DNA from: the human T2T-CHM13v2.0 reference genome, Homo sapiens
Reading direction: 5' to 3' (one strand)
DNA: 64,000 nt
Assembly (NCBI RefSeq): GCF_009914755.1
Contig: NC_060930.1
The notes below the pieces were generated by a model. It was not told the origin of the DNA and did not search any database. It saw only the letters and a list, made by a program, of their open reading frames with translations. The position numbers and the translations under genes were made by a program. Position 1 is the first letter of the stretch, and every line of letters starts with the position of its first letter. Positions 63,065 to 64,000 of this stretch are shown here, piece after piece.

Positions 63065-63260
63065 CCATTTATTGAATTCACAGGATGTACTAGACAGTGT
63101 GCCAAGTGCTTCCAGACATTATTTCATTTTATCCTCACAACACTTCCAATTTTTAAACAGGGAATGTGTGGTTCTGAGAAGTCAAGTTACTTTTCTAAGA
63201 TGGAAAGTAGCAAGGTAGGATTTGAACTCAGGGCTCTCTGATTCTGTCTTCTTAGCTACT
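63065..63260 (-). mobile_element. MIR
   Basis: CATTTATTGA...TATCCTCACAAC...GGATTTGAACTCAGG. Confidence 0.7.
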
Positions 63261-63401
63261 GTTGAGTTGTTTCTTTACAGATTTTCAGGAACCCAGAAAT
63301 TGTGAGTTTCCACCCAACCCCCTGTCCCCTGCCCCAGTTAAGTTTCAGAAAAATCTTTTATCTTTTGTTCATTGTAAAATGTATCTCCAGTAGAAGGGGT
63401 A

Positions 63402-63783
63402 TGATATGGTTTGGCTCTGTGTCCCCAGTCAAATTTCATCCTGAATCGTACTCCCATAATTCCCACGTGTTACGGGAGGAACCCAGTGGGAGATGATTGA
63501 ATGATGGAGGCGGGTCTTTCCTGAGCTGTTCTCGTGATAGTAAATTAGTTTCAGGAGAGCTGATGGTTAAAAAAAAAGAAAAAAAAAGGGGGAGTTACCT
63601 TACACAAGCTTTCTTTGCCTGCCGCCATCCACTTAAGATGTGACTTGCTCCTCCTTGCCTTCTGCCATGATTGTGAGGCCTCCCCAGCCATGTGGAACTG
63701 TAAGTCCAATAAAATCTTTTTCTTTTGTAACTTGCCTAATGTCGGATATGTCTTTATTAGCAGTGTGAAAACGGATTAATACA
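63402..63783 (+). mobile_element. THE1 (MaLR) solo LTR
   Basis: TGATATGGTTTGGCTCTGTGTCCCC...GCCATGATTGTGAGGCCTCCCCAGCC...GATTAATACA. TSD GGGTA/GGGCA. Confidence 0.93.
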
Positions 63784-64000
63784 GGGCATCTGGCTTTTCT
63801 GGCTTTTGCCTGCACTGACGGAGACGTGGCAGCCATTGCCTCTGGTCTCTGATTCTGGTTTTGGCTTTCTATGATCTTCTCTGCTGTCTTTGTGGGGACC
63901 AGAGTCATGAAAATAATTAACCCTCACCAAGGTGACCTAATATCCCTTTCAAATTTTAAACTAATGTGTGTATTTAACATTACTACAACTTTTAATGAAG

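Noticed and set aside
63633-63908. 91-aa minus-strand ORF
   Set aside because: Half of it lies in the THE1 LTR, and it has no recognisable domain or splice support.

Overview
This is repeat-dense primate DNA with no recognisable cellular gene. An AluYa5 and an SVA_D-like element indicate human. From left to right it contains: a deleted HERV9/LTR12 provirus (1-7214) inside an old L1 that also carries a solo LTR22; two 5'-truncated antisense SVAs; a full-length but dead L1PA3 retaining the ZNF93-bound 5'UTR segment (13513-19690); many Alu, L1, MaLR, MIR, L2 and DNA-transposon relics; and a five-level nested transposon stack at 52.6-59.7 kb. The most notable signal comes from reading target-site duplications (TSDs), which suggest three independent 3' transductions. 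(i) An AluSc carries 137 nt of terminator-free unique DNA and a second A-tract inside one TSD (30184-30625). (ii) An L1PA3/4 carries about 675 nt ending at AATAAA plus poly(A) (53206-57798). (iii) An L1PA7/8-like fragment carries about 335 nt and reused the same 16-bp target site as an adjacent Alu, leaving three TSD copies (11450-13313). The provirus also has an in-frame RNase H-Env fusion ORF. Subfamily names come from remembered consensus features and need RepeatMasker/Dfam confirmation.
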